DNA of 64,000 nucleotides from Octopus vulgaris (lineage: Eukaryota): NCBI GenBank assembly GCA_951406725.2, contig OX597820.1, positions 67,580,001 to 67,644,000 of the forward strand. Direction: 5' to 3'. Below the pieces are notes generated by a model that ran no database searches, had not been told where the DNA came from, and saw nothing but the letters and a program-made list of their open reading frames with translations. Of the stretch, positions 40,785 through 54,867 are shown one piece after another (the stretch's first letter is position 1; every line of letters begins with the position of its first letter). A program made the position numbers and the translations under genes.

Positions 40785-41394
40785 AAAGTAATAAGGTTTT
40801 GTTTTTTACTGAAACCAATCTGCATGTACGGAGGATCGAAACCTGGACACGGAGAGTTTTCGAATTTATAGATCGACAAATCCCCAATTGATGTCTGTAT
40901 AAAGTTATATTCAACATATTTGGCTTTATTGGCTTTATTTCATAACAACATGCATAAGGCATCTTACAGCCGATTATTTAACCCTTTGTCTGTCTTCTAT
41001 ATCACGTGATACACAGGCCATAATTCCCTGGTGTCCTTGTATCATTAATAATAAACATTCCCATTTTTTTCAACCAACCACCTGAGTAACTTGGGACTTA
41101 TGAAAGGAAAATCTTATATTACGCAGAACTTATGAAACGAAGGTTAATTAAAATTCTGAAAACAATATGGAAGTTTTGGACAAACTAATGAAAATGATTT
41201 GGACAGATCGCATAGATCGCATTTCATATCCATGTGAAGACTTTTAACCCCTAAAGTAAACTCCCTCAGTCCAGCTAATTGTAAATAAGAACCAAAAGAC
41301 ACTGCTGCGACCAGAGAGACTACTTGATCGCTGAGAAGTGTTTTGTTAAGCCAGTGTTGAGCTTACATAGAAAAAAAAAAACTGTCGAAAATAT

Positions 41395-41500
41395 TGTCGA
41401 TTAAATCAGTACCAGTTACGCACTGGAATCGACTTAATCCCTTCGTCTGTCCTTGCTTGTTCCCTCTATGTTTAGTCCCTTGTGGGCAATAAAGAAATAA
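41395..41500 (+). mobile_element. SINE B 3' fragment with tail-1
   Basis: agtaccagttacgcactgg..tgtccttgcttgttccctctatgtttagtcccttgtgggcaataaagaaata. Confidence 0.8.
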
Positions 41501-41891
41501 AATTGTACGCGCGTACGAGATCCTCATTCCGTTTCAATGAATGACGTGCAATATGAGTGAAAAGTGTTCAACACAATAGTGTTAACACATTTAATTTATT
41601 TAGTGATAATTAAATATATTTTCTTGAATTCGAATTTTGAAATAGATGGCACATGAATATAGATCGTTACATGACTATGGATCAGAATGATAACGGTAAA
41701 GCAGATAATGTAACAAACAACCAGTTTTGAGTTCGTTGCCAACTTACTCAACACTCCAGTTCACATTGTCATGAATAAACAATTCAGTGTAGGAACAATC
41801 CATTTACTCTCATCTAAACATTTCAATTGTTATATCAATATAACAAACAATATGCATGCAAATAAGTTTCTGAATGTTTAGAATTAACATA

Positions 41892-42264
41892 ACTCTTTTA
41901 CTCTTTTACTTGTTTCAGTCATTTGACTGGAGCACTGCCTTTAGTCGAGCAAATCGACCCCAGGACTTATTCTTTGTAAGCCTAGTGCTTATTCTATCGG
42001 TATCTTTTGCCGAACTGCTAAGTTACGGGGACGTAAACGCACCAGTATCAGTTGTCAAGTGATGATGGTGGTGGTGGGGACAAACACAGACACACACACA
42101 CATATACGGCGGGCTTCTTTCAGTTTCCGTCTACCAAATCCACTCACAATGCTTCGGTCGGCCCGAGGCAATAGTAGAAGACACTTGTCTAAGGTGCCAT
42201 GCAGTAGGATTGAACCCGGAACCATGTAGGTAAGCTACTTACCACACAGCCGCTCCTGCGCATA
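41892..42264 (-). mobile_element. SINE family A
   Basis: Reverse complement of family A with a short internal tract. Confidence 0.92.
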
Positions 42265-42469
42265 TGTTGCAAAATATTCATAAAAAGGTTCAGTTTTAAC
42301 TAGTATTGTAGGAGAATATCTCTAACAATATTTACAAATCCTGGGCTTGCTGTTTTCTGGAAAGAGCCTTTGCTTTTCATCATAGGTAATCTGCCAGGAT
42401 CTTTATTGAAGGGATTCAATACTAATCCAGATCTGCGAATTACAACTGGTATCTGATTTAGGAACAAAG

Positions 42470-42620
42470 CGAACAATTTTGAAGAGAGGAGTTTAGTCAG
42501 TCCCATCGACTTCAGCATTTGACTTTTACTTTATTTCATCGACCACAGAAGGATGAAAGGCAAAGACGACCGTAAGACATTTTTTTCCGACGCTCTAACG
42601 ATTCTGATTACTCACCATCT
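42470..42620 (-). mobile_element. Diverged SINE B
   Basis: atcgaccacagaaggatgaaaggcaaagacgac..ctaacgattctg. Confidence 0.7.
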
Positions 42621-43749
42621 TTGTGGGAATTATCGATTCCCGCAATCGAAAACCGCAATAGAATTTTTATTTCAACAATTAAATCGGCGAAATTGCTTAA
42701 CTTTTCACCCCACATCTGTCGTACTGAGGATATAAACGTTGTAGGTAAATAACGAGAGGGTGACAATATATTTAGTGCGCTACCTTTATGTCACCGTTAC
42801 ACTTTTCTTGATCGAAATATTCGAAGTAGCGCGCAAGTAGCAGGGTGAACTTCTAGGTTGAGAACCACAGATTTATTGCTCCGCGTCAATGACTGATGAA
42901 GAACACGCTGCACCCTGCACACTCCGACATGTAACACTTAATTGAATTCGTATGTGTATGTATGGAAGTGAGTATATATGGAGGTATTGAGCGGCATTGC
43001 CAGTTGGCATTTGGCATTCGCTCAACTGTTCAATTAATTTCCCTGCGTTTGTGGTGTTGATTTCTTCAATTTCTGGACTTAGGTAGCGTAAGCTTACACA
43101 ATACCATGGAATACCTCTTGCCGCAGTCAACAGAATGATTGTACAATTCATCAGCAAAGGAAAGAAATCAACAGTATCCGCTCAAGTCGATTTGGGTCCT
43201 CTGACAAGTGTCTTCTGTTTGTCAAGTGGATTGTTGCAAACAATCCATGTTGTAAGACAGCTTATGCTGCAGAGAATCTCTAAATGAATTGGAATACTTC
43301 TGTGAGGTATCTACATCAACTTGGCTACTGAAGCACCAGATAAAATGGTATAAAGAGGGTTGTCTATTTTCGAGATAACTGTGTACATATGTATTATTCA
43401 AATGATTTCGCTAAGGCGTAACGATAATAATATTGTTAGAATATTGGTCTTACAAACCTTTCGACCAATAACGCATTATGCATATATGTATGTATGTATG
43501 TCCTTATTCAGTTTTATTTTAAGATTTGTTGCCAATAGTAAAAAAATGCCGGTTTCTAATCTAAATCCAAGGCTCCAAACATATCCTGTTTGTATGCATG
43601 CATACAAACAGGGTATGTTTGTATGTATGCATGTATGTATGTATGTATGTATGTATGTATGTATGCATGTATGTATATGTGCAGATTCGTATGTTTTTTA
43701 TGCATGTCTTCTCATGTATATACTTGTATATTTAGACATGCTCATATAT

Positions 43750-44394
43750 ACTTAAATGATAAACTTCTGGAAAGTTTTGCAGACTTTTACGGTTCCAGTG
43801 ATGGTTTGCATCTGCAGTCTTCGAATTAACCTTCTCTTTTCTGGTTTTGAGAACCCTAATTTCTCAAGATTTGTATTTAGACAGTGTGTTACATATCTCT
43901 GTGTCAATAATTGCAGGTATAAACCTGAACTTGTAATCTGGATAGAGTAACTGCAGATTTCTCAATAGTTCAGCGTAGGTGTTCTCTTTTTCTAAGCAGA
44001 TGTTAACATAAAACGCTTTCTCTTCTCTATCCCAAATCATTATATCAGGTCTATTGTATTTACATTTTATTGAGGTTTTCGCTGGGTCATTTCACCAGTA
44101 CTCCTTTTTATTATGAGTGGCTATGGCTTCCACCATTCTGTGGGTTCTTATTTCTTTGTCCTCGGGGTAATCCTTTCGACTGATCTCGTTATACAGTGTC
44201 CTAGCTACTACATCATGTCTCATCGGTAGATAATGCCGTGATCACATTTTTGGACAACTGCTTATGATGTGGTTGATATCTTCGGTGGTATCTCCACAAA
44301 GCCTGCATTTTACTGCTTTTCCTGCATCTCTGTGCCTTTTGTGATCAGATATTTGGTAGATATTTCCTGTTCCTGGATTGCAAACGCATACCCT
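43750..44394 (-). mobile_element. R4/Dong-clade non-LTR retrotransposon 3' end (CCHC finger plus REL endonuclease), 5'-truncated
   Basis: GYAFAIQEQEISTKYL, CRLCGDTTEDINHIISSCPKM, YLPMRHDVVARTLYNEI, KCKYNRPDIMIWDREEK, KKENTYAELLRNLQLLYPDYKFRFIP, RRLQMQTITGTVKVCKTFQKF. 5' end abuts a (TATG)n array. Confidence 0.9.
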
Positions 44395-45404
44395 ATGTAT
44401 GTATGTATGTATGTATGTATGTATGTATGTATGTATGTATGTATGTATGTATGTATGTATGTATGTATGCATGTATGTATGTATGTATGTATGTATGTAT
44501 CTACGCACATACATCTTATTTACACACACACACGCACATACATCTTATTTACACACACATTCCCCCCTTTACACACACATACACACACACACACTCACAC
44601 ACACAGACGCGTGCATATATATCGGTATCTCGCCGGTTCAAAAACTAACGCTTGATATTTCAATTTTCCTTCACTTTGGAGATATGCACTGTATTTTGTG
44701 ATGGTTTGTTTTCTTTTGCCTTATGCGTCTAAAAAATTAATTCTTTTCCCCCCTTCAATGCTCTGTCGCAGTCACAAGGGCTTAACCATATTGTTTTGTG
44801 CATTCTTTGAACTGTCTTTGTCTCACTCACTATATATGATGTTTTTCGTGTGCCTCATTTCCAGTCTCTAACAAAAGTATCCATAATTTTTCGTACACTG
44901 AGGTCAAAGTAGTTCTATCCTAATGGGTTAAAACTGAAAATTTCCCAGAATGAACTGCTGATGATGAGAAATTCCTCGTCTCTACTTAATATTATGTATT
45001 TTCAGTGCCTGTATCTAATTTCTCCTTTATATCATCTGCCTGTTTGTCTATCTGTCTATCTAGCTAACTGTCTATCTATTCATATCTCTGTCTGATGTCT
45101 CTACCCCGCCACAAACACACACACATGCATGCACACACACACATGCATGCACACACACACATATAAAAATATAACAAACACAATATGCAGGCTATTTGTT
45201 CTCTGTGCACGTTTCTCCATTGAACTATTTGTATCCTCTACAAGAGATGTTTATAATGAAGTCGCATGCGGAGCCACAACAGTTCTTCACGAGATGAGTT
45301 TCCATAGACAACCAATATCAAACCAATGCTTATTACAGACATATGTTTTTTCTTTTTCGTGTAGCGTGAATTTATTATCAGTTTGCTTTGGTTACTTCAG
45401 GCTC

Positions 45405-45760
45405 TGGCATGGCTTTATGGTCAAGAAGATCGCTTTGCATCCATGGTTTCAGGTTCAGTACCACTGCACGACACCTTCGGCAAGTGTCTTCTACGACAGC
45501 CTCGTATTGACCATTGCCTTGTGAGGGAATTTCGTAGGTGGAAACTGTGAGGAAGAGCATCGTACATGTATACATGTGTGTCTATATGTGCACATCTTTG
45601 TGTCTGTGCTCGTCACCCAAACCACTTAACAACCAGCGTTGGTTTGTTTACGTCGCCGTAACTTAGCAGTTCGGCAAAAAAGAATACTGTAGAATAAGTA
45701 CCGAACTTAAAAAGTAAGTACTGAGATTGATTTCTTCGACAAAAACTCTTGAAGACAGAA
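45405..45760 (+). mobile_element. Diverged SINE A
   Basis: aggttcagtaccactgcacgacaccttcggcaagtgtcttctac..gtaacttagcagttcggcaaaa..agaataagtac. Confidence 0.82.
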
Positions 45761-45931
45761 GCAGGTAAAAAATAACCGATAAAAGAAAGATGTTCCTGAG
45801 TGGGTAACAAAATGAGTCTTAGAAAGAAATTCGATAATATGCTGAACATTTCAAGGAGATTATTGATTATTGATTCCGTTGTGGCTTCAGTTTTGCGTGT
45901 CTAATACGATTGTCTTCTAAATGCCTCTGCA

Positions 45932-46129
45932 TCTTTTATTTTTTATTTGTTTCAGTCATTAGACTGCGGCCATGCTGGGGCACCGCTTTGAATTTTTAGT
46001 CGAATTAATCGACCAAGGTACTTATTTTTAAAGCGTGGCACTTATTCTATCAGTCTCTTTTGCCGAACCGCTAAGTTACGCTAACGTACCAACACCGGTT
46101 GTCAAGCAGTGATGGGAGGACAAATACTG

Positions 46130-46173
<44 letters not shown>

Positions 46174-46388
46174 ACACACACACACACACATACACACACA
46201 CAGATGTACACACACGCACGCACACAGATGTACACACACACACACATACGACAGCTCTCTTTCAGTTTCCGTCTACCAAATCCACTCACAAGGTTTGGTC
46301 GTCCTTCGGTTAAAATAGAAGACACTTGCCCAGGGTACCACGCAGTGTGGCAGAACCCGGAACTATGTGGTTGGGAAGCAAACTTCTT
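45932..46388 (-). mobile_element. SINE family A lacking the first about 25 nt of its head
   Basis: Reverse complement of family A, cut at gggaagcaaacttctt by the next element. Confidence 0.9.
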
Positions 46389-47220
46389 TACTTTATGAAT
46401 TGGCCATAAAGGTCTTACACAGAGGGGACAGCAGAAGGTGGGGACAAAAAAAAAAGCCCAAAACAAAACGAATGGAATGGAATGAAATTACACAATGAAG
46501 GATGAAATGAAGTCGCTCGGCCCCATCTCCGAGCGACCTCATTGAACCTGTAGCAACACCACTTACATTACCCTTTGTAACAGTCAACTTGATACACCAT
46601 TTGAACACAGCTATTTACACAATAGTTAGTCCAAAACTTTTACCAAAATGTCTATGTTATATATATATTTTTTAAATGCCCACATTCCTTATTTTTTCCG
46701 CATTGTGCTGGTATCCACTTTTTTTCAGACCACCAATAACAGTCGCCGTTTTCCATGTACCTATGCACCTTCCACAGGTTGTCCATGCTTGTCAGCACAC
46801 AACACTCATTCTTGGGCCGACCCTTTACACCAGCTATATCCACTTTAACTATTTCGTCCCACGAATTCACTTCATTAACCAGTTACTCAATTTCTCCATT
46901 GTACATTAATACGAATGTTTTTCTCATATGGTGAGGGTGGGTAACTTTGAGGCTCCTGTTTGGTTGCAATTATTTTTTTTTGTCAGACTGGGCATGGGGA
47001 GGGTTGGTTTCCGTAGGGAGTGGTTGGAGTAGATGGGTGTGGGTGAAGGCTGGGTGGGTATGGGTTGGGATCATCCTTTACCACGTGTGTCTTTTTTTCT
47101 CTTCTTTCCTGCTATCTCCCAGTTGGTGCTTGTCTCCTCTTCTTCGATGCTGGTACTCTGTAGTGCCATATCTCTTTCTTTTTCCTTCACGGTCTGTGAA
47201 GCACCTACCACTTTCCCTTA
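46389..47220 (-). mobile_element. Heavily deleted L1/Tx1-like LINE remnant
   Basis: Minus strand: KNKECGHLKN..NIDILVKVLD*L (RT domain-1-like KILAKVL). 3' end gtcccctctgtgtaagacctttatggccaattcataaag is similar to 11255-11296. Confidence 0.4.
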
Positions 47221-47221
47221 T

Positions 47222-47608
47222 GCGACTGGTTTCTGTCATTTTTCGTCTACCTAATCCACTCACAAAGTTTTAGTCGGCACAGAGCAATAATAAAAGTCAC
47301 TTGCCTAAGATGCCAGGCTGAACCGGGAAACCTGTGGTTTGGAAGTAAACTTCCTTATTTCTTTACTGCTCACAAGGGGCTACACGGGGACAAACAAGGA
47401 TAGACAAACGGATTAAGTCGATTATATCGATCCCAGTGCGTACTGGTACTTATTTAATCGACCCCGAAAGGATGAAAGGCAAAGTCGACCTCGGCGGAAT
47501 TTGAACTCAGAACGTAGCGGCAGACGAAATACTGCTAAGCATTTCGCCCGACGTGCTAACGTTTCTGCTTACTCGCCGCCTTCCTACCATACAGTTACAT
47601 CTGCGCCA
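47222..47608 (-). mobile_element. Old SINE A 5' half with nested SINE B (47356-47580)
   Basis: The SINE A head is split at aaacttcct|..|ttcctaccatacag..ctgcgcc by a B monomer with tail-1; short TSD ttcct. Confidence 0.85.
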
Positions 47609-47719
47609 TTGTGTAGATTTTCTTCTCCCTTAATACCTTATCAACTGCAACTTTTTATCTACAATAATTTCCTCTTTCAGATCTTTGGTACAACAGTCTT
47701 TGTAACTTAACTTCAGTTT

Positions 47720-47950
47720 TTAAGTATCGCTTTCCCACAATATACTTCTCCACAGGCAGGCGCATTGGAATAGTGTAATTTCCTATATGAAATCTATGAT
47801 CTGCCCACTTCAGACGGCTACGACTCAAGAGAACTTCCATACATAAAGACATTTGTTATCCACAAGATTGAATATCACTTCGCTGCTATCATGTTGAACT
47901 CTCATATGTCCAAATTTGGCCAAATGCTTTTTTTTTCAATATCTATTTTT
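47720..47950 (-). mobile_element. RTE-clade LINE C-terminal fragment
   Basis: SLCMEVLLSRSRLKWADHRF..IPMRL resembles the RTE motif LL...QLRWAGHV.RM...RIPK.L. Confidence 0.55.
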
Positions 47951-48268
47951 GCCTGCAATAGCCAGTTCTTTTGGTCAAACTATCGTATCTTCAACTGCTT
48001 CAGCTGCCAAAATATCAAAAATTGTCGAATTATAAAGTGGAAATTTTACCGGTGAGTGTGTTAAATTATAAGACACAAAAAGAAAATGACTCTCTCTAGA
48101 CAACGTGCCAACAGTTTTATTATGGAATGGTGAAACTATTTTTTCAATTTCTGAAAAAAGCAACGTTTTGGACTTTTTGCATAACAGCAACGACTTAAAG
48201 TCTTTCTTGAATGTGTGCAAACGTCTTGAGTATGATATTCATGTTTCATAGCTATACAACAAAAGAAA

Positions 48269-48325
<57 letters not shown>

Positions 48326-48328
<3 letters not shown>

Positions 48329-48444
48329 GGCGCAGCGTGGCTGTGTGCTACGGGGTCCGGGTTCAATTCCACTTCTATTATAGCCTCGCGCCGAACAAAG
48401 CCTTTGAGTGGATTTGGTAGACGGAAACTGAAAGAAGCCCGTCG

Positions 48445-48477
<33 letters not shown>

Positions 48478-48480
48478 ATG
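48326..48480 (+). mobile_element. SINE A 5' half
   Basis: ataggcgcagcgtggctgtgtg..gagtggatttggtagacggaaactgaaagaagcccgtcg then microsatellite. Confidence 0.87.
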
Positions 48481-48510
48481 TTCGGATGTATGCACGTGTT
48501 CGTGCGTACA

Positions 48511-48556
<46 letters not shown>

Positions 48557-48639
48557 CATATATATATATACATATATACATACGCACATATATAAATAAA
48601 TATATTTGTTATAATACTTTTATATATGTACATTTATAC

Positions 48640-48696
<57 letters not shown>

Positions 48697-49162
48697 CTCT
48701 CTCTAACACATACACATCGAGTAATGACAAGACTAAGGTAGTCGCAATCGTGATATTTCCACATAGATACACCGTATCGACGGCGGTCGTGGGGACTACG
48801 AAGATGTTATTCCTGTTGTTGGTGATAATACTGGGGTGAAGATGTGGTGTCTGGAAATTTAATTATAATTTTTATCGACGTTCAAGAAATATCTAGACTT
48901 TCATTCTTTTTTTCTTTTCAAGGAATATAAGAACGGTATTGAGAAGCTAAATAAGTACAAATGCTGTAGAAATGTCTCCAAGATAAAATAAGGCACAAAG
49001 TAAAAAAAAAAAATAAGAAGAAAATGGAACAAGAAAAATGATGAAAATAAAGAAGAAAAAATACCACCGAAAGGTGGGATTTCGGTTGGAATCTATTTGT
49101 TTCTATTGAAAGTAACCAACCAACAATCATTAAACGAATAAAAAAAATCCATATAATGGTGC

Positions 49163-49211
<49 letters not shown>

Positions 49212-49277
49212 TACATATATGTATACACATAACACACACACACACACACACACAAACACATACACACACTCTCTCTT

Positions 49278-49308
<31 letters not shown>

Positions 49309-49346
49309 TATATATATACGTATGTGTGTGTGTGTGTGTGTGTGTA

Positions 49347-49377
<31 letters not shown>

Positions 49378-49434
49378 TCCTGTGTATCTCCGTATGTACG
49401 TATATATATATATATATTAATGTAGATATATATC

Positions 49435-49487
<53 letters not shown>

Positions 49488-49529
49488 ATATATATCTATG
49501 TATATATATATTGTATCGCATTTATCTTT

Positions 49530-49572
<43 letters not shown>

Positions 49573-49956
49573 TGCGTGTGTGTATGTATGTGTAAGATAA
49601 GAAGAAAAGCTAAGTAAATTTAATGAGAGAGAGGGGGAGATAGATAGATAGAAAGATAGATAGGAAGGGAGAGATGGAAAAAAACGAAGAAATAAAAGCA
49701 CGGCTTGCTTTAGATCAGTGTAGTCTTCAATTCCATTGTAGAAGCGTATTATCATGTGGACATTCTTACGAAGTAGTACTGAGCCTCTAGCTTCCGACAA
49801 TTGTTCACGAAGAGACACAGTATATGCGTATCTAGCAGGAGAGTTAAACATTTATTAGAAATGAATAACTAGAAGCAAAATACATCAGCTCTACCCCTCC
49901 CTCTCTCTCTCGCTCTCCTCATGCTACATACATACATACATACATACATACATACA

Positions 49957-50019
<63 letters not shown>

Positions 50020-50544
50020 ATACACAGTCACACACATGTGTGTATGTGTGTGTTGTGTGTGTATGTATGTGTATAATATGATGTATTTCACCATCATCGT
50101 CGTTGCCCTCATCCCCTTCCCCGTCCTCTTTCCACTTCATTATCATCATCATTATCCTAATCATCATCATCTTCAGCACTCCCACCAGCACCACCAGCAC
50201 CAGCACCAGCAGCAGCAGCAGCACCACCACCACCACCACCACCACCTTTTGATAATCATCATTATTATGACGAGGATCATTATCAATGCTCAACATCGCC
50301 AATATCACGATCATAATCCTTGCTCCACATTCCTTCTCATCCCCTCCACCCCACCACTTCCCTTCTTCCTCCTCCACCTTTCCTCCCTCCCTAATCCACA
50401 TTTTCTATTGCGATTGTTATTGTTAATATTAATAACACTATCACATTAGTCATCGCCATCGTCAGCGCCGTCGTCATCTTCGTCCTCGTTATCATTGTCT
50501 ACTTTATCATCTTTTTCTTCTTCCTATTGTTTTGCGATCATTAT

Positions 50545-50735
50545 TGGCAAATTGTTAGAACATCGGAATAAAAATTCCTTAAAGCATTTGTTGCGGCATC
50601 TTAGGTTCTGAGTTCAAATCACACCGAGGTGTGATTTGAACTCAAATTTACCTTTCCCCCCTTTTAGGGTCGATTAATTAAGGGACTATTCAATTCAAGT
50701 AGTTATCGACGCTATCGACTGAACCCTTCCTTTAA
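50545..50735 (+). mobile_element. Diverged SINE B
   Basis: gttctgagttcaaatcacaccgaggt..ttttagggtcgatta..atcgactgaaccc. Confidence 0.7.
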
Positions 50736-50742
50736 AACTTTT

Positions 50743-51277
50743 CTTTATCTTTATAAGCCCACCATTCTCCCTGCATTGAGTACTGGTGTCACATATGGGC
50801 AGGTGATCCTGCGGTTTGTTTAACTCTGTTGGACCGCATTCAACGCCGTATTTGTAATGCTATTGGTCTTGATCTATCTTCTAAATTGGATTCACTCACT
50901 CATCATCGTCGTGTGGTTCCCTTGTCACTTTTCTATAAGTATTTTCATGGACATTGTCCGGCTGAGCTCTCTTCTCTGGTTCCTGCTTTAAGAACTTATC
51001 AACGATCAACTAGACTTGCATCCAGTTCTCATCAATATACTGTGCAACCTCCTAAGTGTCTTAAAGCACTTTACAGTACCAGTTTATTCCCTCGCACCCC
51101 TGAGCTTTGGAATTCTCTTCCACAGACTTGTTTCCCTCTTCAATATGATCGCCAGTCTATTAAGTCCAATGTACATTGTCACCTATTGACTTCTGTCTAG
51201 CGTCCATTTTATTCTAGTAGCTCTAACGTTTTCAGTGGTCTAAGGACCTTGTAACGAGCGAATGCTTAAAAAAAAAC
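50743..51277 (+). mobile_element. CR1/L2-group LINE 3' end (ORF2 C-terminus, short UTR, poly-A)
   Basis: LYLYKPTILPCIEYWCHIWAG..LDRIQRRIC..SLTHHRRVVPLSLFYK..SLFPRTPELWNSLP. The LEY...W, RR...L..FYK and F.RT..LWN.LP motifs are typical of CR1/L2/Jockey-group RT tails; A-run at 51268-51277. Confidence 0.85.
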
Positions 51278-51284
51278 TTGAGAG

Positions 51285-51900
51285 ACACGTCTTTTTGTAG
51301 TTTGTCTCCTCGACCGAGCTGCAACTATATATTAAGCGTAGATCAAAAATGGGCGTTTGGCATGTAGAGTGTTGTCAGGCATTCACAGCACTAAACTAAC
51401 CGGACAATGCTGTCAGTGGGAAAATAACTCTAGACTTCTACAGAGAGTAAGTTGAAGGTGCAAGTGAGGGTGGTCAAGGATCTCTGGCATCGATGAGAAC
51501 CGTTTTAGCTGTCTCTCCTGAAGGAATTTTCAGGTTGGGAACTATGGACAACTTCCAAAGTCCTTGCCATTGTAGTGCTATAAAGTGGAGCATTACTTGT
51601 CAGAGACTAGCTCTACAAGCATGAAAACTCCAACAGTAAAACCTGGAGAACGAAACGTCTTGTACGTTACAGTTCAGTGACCATGGATTAGGATTGCGTC
51701 GAACAGCTATTGTCAATCGTAGGACGTATCTAGCTATCCGCCGAGTCTATAATGTTGACGCACCATCTTTCTTTAACAGGGAAGCGATGTAAAACTGGTG
51801 AATCTGAATGGGCCTACTCTGAGTATGCTTATCTCAAGAAAATAAAAGAAACTGGATGAGAATAGTTCCGATACTTCAGAGACGGCAAAATAATTTGGGC
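51285..51900 (-). mobile_element. Very decayed RTE-like LINE fragment
   Basis: Minus-strand YSTTMARTLEVVH..W-like segment resembles RTE Y..H.R.LE.FH; heavily frameshifted. Confidence 0.35.
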
Positions 51901-52058
51901 CATTTTGTGTGGAGTGTTCCTAATATTTTCCTATGGGCTGCTTCGTTATTGGGGAATTATTTTTGCTGAATTTGTTTTGACTCCAACTTATATATATATC
52001 ATTTTATTTCATCTAGTTTCAGCTTACGAGCTGCGGCCATGCTGGGGCACCGCCATTA

Positions 52059-52125
<67 letters not shown>

Positions 52126-52134
52126 AATATATGC

Positions 52135-52226
<92 letters not shown>

Positions 52227-52331
52227 TAACTGTAATTGATTTCTTTTTGGTCGATGTAAACACAAACATTTGTTTGTGGCCATTTCATCCTTTGATATTG
52301 TCTTCAACGTATTAGACCTTTATGGACAAAA

Positions 52332-52334
<3 letters not shown>

Positions 52335-52367
<33 letters not shown>

Positions 52368-52660
52368 GAATGAGAGAGCAGCACACGCCATCAAAGCATG
52401 ACGCCCAATATACCCATCATAACTACCCGTTTGATAAGGGTATACCATGCACATGCATCACAATCATATGTATGCGTCAAGGTGACCTCATATCAAAATA
52501 GAAAAAAAACGCATGACTTGCAGGTTGGATTCCTTCACATTCAAGTAGCCCATCCTGTACAAAAGGTTCCTGAATAAAGGATGAGATGAAACACATGATC
52601 GCAGAGGGGAATTATCTAAACCTCAAAGAATCCCTCTTATCTCATGGCTATGATGCTCCG
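52335..52660 (-). mobile_element. Diverged family C copy with (ATT)n tail
   Basis: ttgaatgagagagcag..ccatcaaag..tacccatcataactacccgt..cctcaaagaatccctc..ggctatgatgctcc is the reverse complement of family C. Confidence 0.8.
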
Positions 52661-52764
52661 CTATTTGAACGAGTAAGGACTTATTCAACCATCAGGTATT
52701 TCCAAGTAAAGAAATATACGATAAGGTTTGAATACTCTCTCTTTTGTTTTTGATCCAAGCATGC

Positions 52765-53698
52765 ATGCTTCCACTCTGGAGATTTTTCCCTCAAAGATGA
52801 CCGACGTTCTAGTTGACTTACTGAAGTTGATAATGACCGAATGAAAGCCATAAGTTTGTAGAGAGGTTCAATGTATCGCACACAACAACTGAAAATCACT
52901 TAAAATGTAATGTCTTAAACTCGTTAAGAGGTTCGCTATTTGGGTTCCACATAAATTGAAAGAGTTTCACTTAACAGAAGGAATCAATATTTGCGATATG
53001 CATCTCAAACGCAATGAAATCGACTTTTTTTTTAAACGAATCATCACCGGTGATGAAAACTGGATTGTCTACAATAACATCAATCGAAAATGATCATGGG
53101 TCAAGCGTAATTAACCAGCACAAACCACATTGAAAGCTGAATTGCATAAAAAAAGGTCATGCTGTAAATTTCGTGGGATTACAAATGTGCGTATTTTGAG
53201 CTGCTTCCAAGAAACCAAACGGTCAATTCAGATGTTTGCTGTCAACAACTAATGAAACTGGAGGAAACAATCAAAGAAAAAACGGCCAGAAGTGGCAAAT
53301 TGTAAAGGAATCGTATTCCATCATGACAACGCTAGACCACACACGTTTTTGCTACCTCGTGAAAAATTAGAGGAGCTTGGTTAGGAAGTGATGTGACAGC
53401 CGCCCTATAGCCCTGACCTTGCACCATCATATTATCATTTATTTCGAAGTTTGCAAAATTTTTTGAATGGTAAAACTTTCAATAGTGATGGTGACCTGAA
53501 ATCGCACTTGCGATAAGGACCAGGAGTTCTATGAGCGCAGAATCATAAAGTTGCCAGAAAGATGACAAAATGTCATCGAACAAAATGGAAAATATACAAT
53601 TGATTAAAGTTCATTCTTTGTATGAAAAAAAATTGCTTTATTTTGCACACACACAAAAAAAACCCAAACAAACAAACCGCAATTACTTTTTGGCCAAC

Positions 53699-53704
<6 letters not shown>
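52765..53704 (+). pseudogene. 5'-truncated mariner (cecropia/Hsmar1-like) transposase with 3' TIR
   Basis: [65 protein letters not shown] aaccgcaattactttttggccaacacaata resembles the Hsmar1 TIR reverse complement and is followed by TA. Confidence 0.93.
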
Positions 53705-53744
<40 letters not shown>

Positions 53745-54058
53745 AGTATGTGTGTGTGTGTATCTATATGTATATAAGTAAAGAAAGTCAGGGACCTTAT
53801 ATATATATCTATCTATATATATATATAGATGTATATATATATCTATATATACATGTATGAATACATATACGTACATATAAGCGCACGGTCACACTGGTGT
53901 ATAACTGAGATTGTGAATCTATGCAAATATATATTGATGTAACTGTTTCTATTTTTCTATCCTTATCTCTGTACACACACACATGCACACACACATACAC
54001 ACACACATGCATGCATACACACAATATATATACGTATCCACAATTTATAAATCTATCC

Positions 54059-54161
<103 letters not shown>

Positions 54162-54466
54162 AACGTACCTGTCTGTCTGTCTATGTGTGTCATTTGTGTG
54201 ATCGTGTGTGCATAGCATTTAGCTACCTCTAATGGAAGGCATAACATTTCTGTATTAATATGCATGAGTAAAGCATATTAATTAAAAATACATAGGCACA
54301 ATATAAACTTCAAGGCTGACACGCCTTACGCATTTGCACCTCTGATTAACACGAGCACGGTAATATGCGTTTGTCTATCATCTAGAATTCTCCGCCAACG
54401 GTAAGTGTAGGAAAACAACGTTGGCAGGTGAAAACTCACGTATTTCAATAAGCAATTAAAACGATA

Positions 54467-54534
<68 letters not shown>

Positions 54535-54813
54535 TAATAGTAATAATAATAATAACAACAACAACAACAACAATAATAACAATAATAATAAAGAATTGAA
54601 AAATAGACAAAAATATAAAAATTATATAAAAGAAAACACCCTTCTCTTTTGCTCATCCGATCATTACATACATACATACATACAAACATACATACAAACG
54701 TACATATATATATACACCTACATATGCAAATATGCACACCTACATATACATGTAAGTGTATATACTTATACATACATAAGCATGTATGTGTGCATATATA
54801 CATATATATATGC

Positions 54814-54867
<54 letters not shown>

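Noticed and set aside
40673-40796. 12-bp direct repeat aaagtaataagg as a TSD
   Set aside because: It flanks the N gap exactly; most likely contig-end overlap.
42715-42945. ctgagga (about 42724) and ctgatga (about 42893) cores
   Set aside because: No properly placed GAAA or closing stems.
50036-50449. Poly-H/Q ORF resembling a transcription-factor low-complexity region
   Set aside because: Degenerate CAT/CAC/CAG trinucleotide tract with no domain and no splice support. The poly-D tracts at 33550-33700 and the ORF at 56488-57084 are similar.
50829-51200. Clean 123-aa ORF as a host gene
   Set aside because: Motifs and poly-A identify it as a LINE ORF2 C-terminus.
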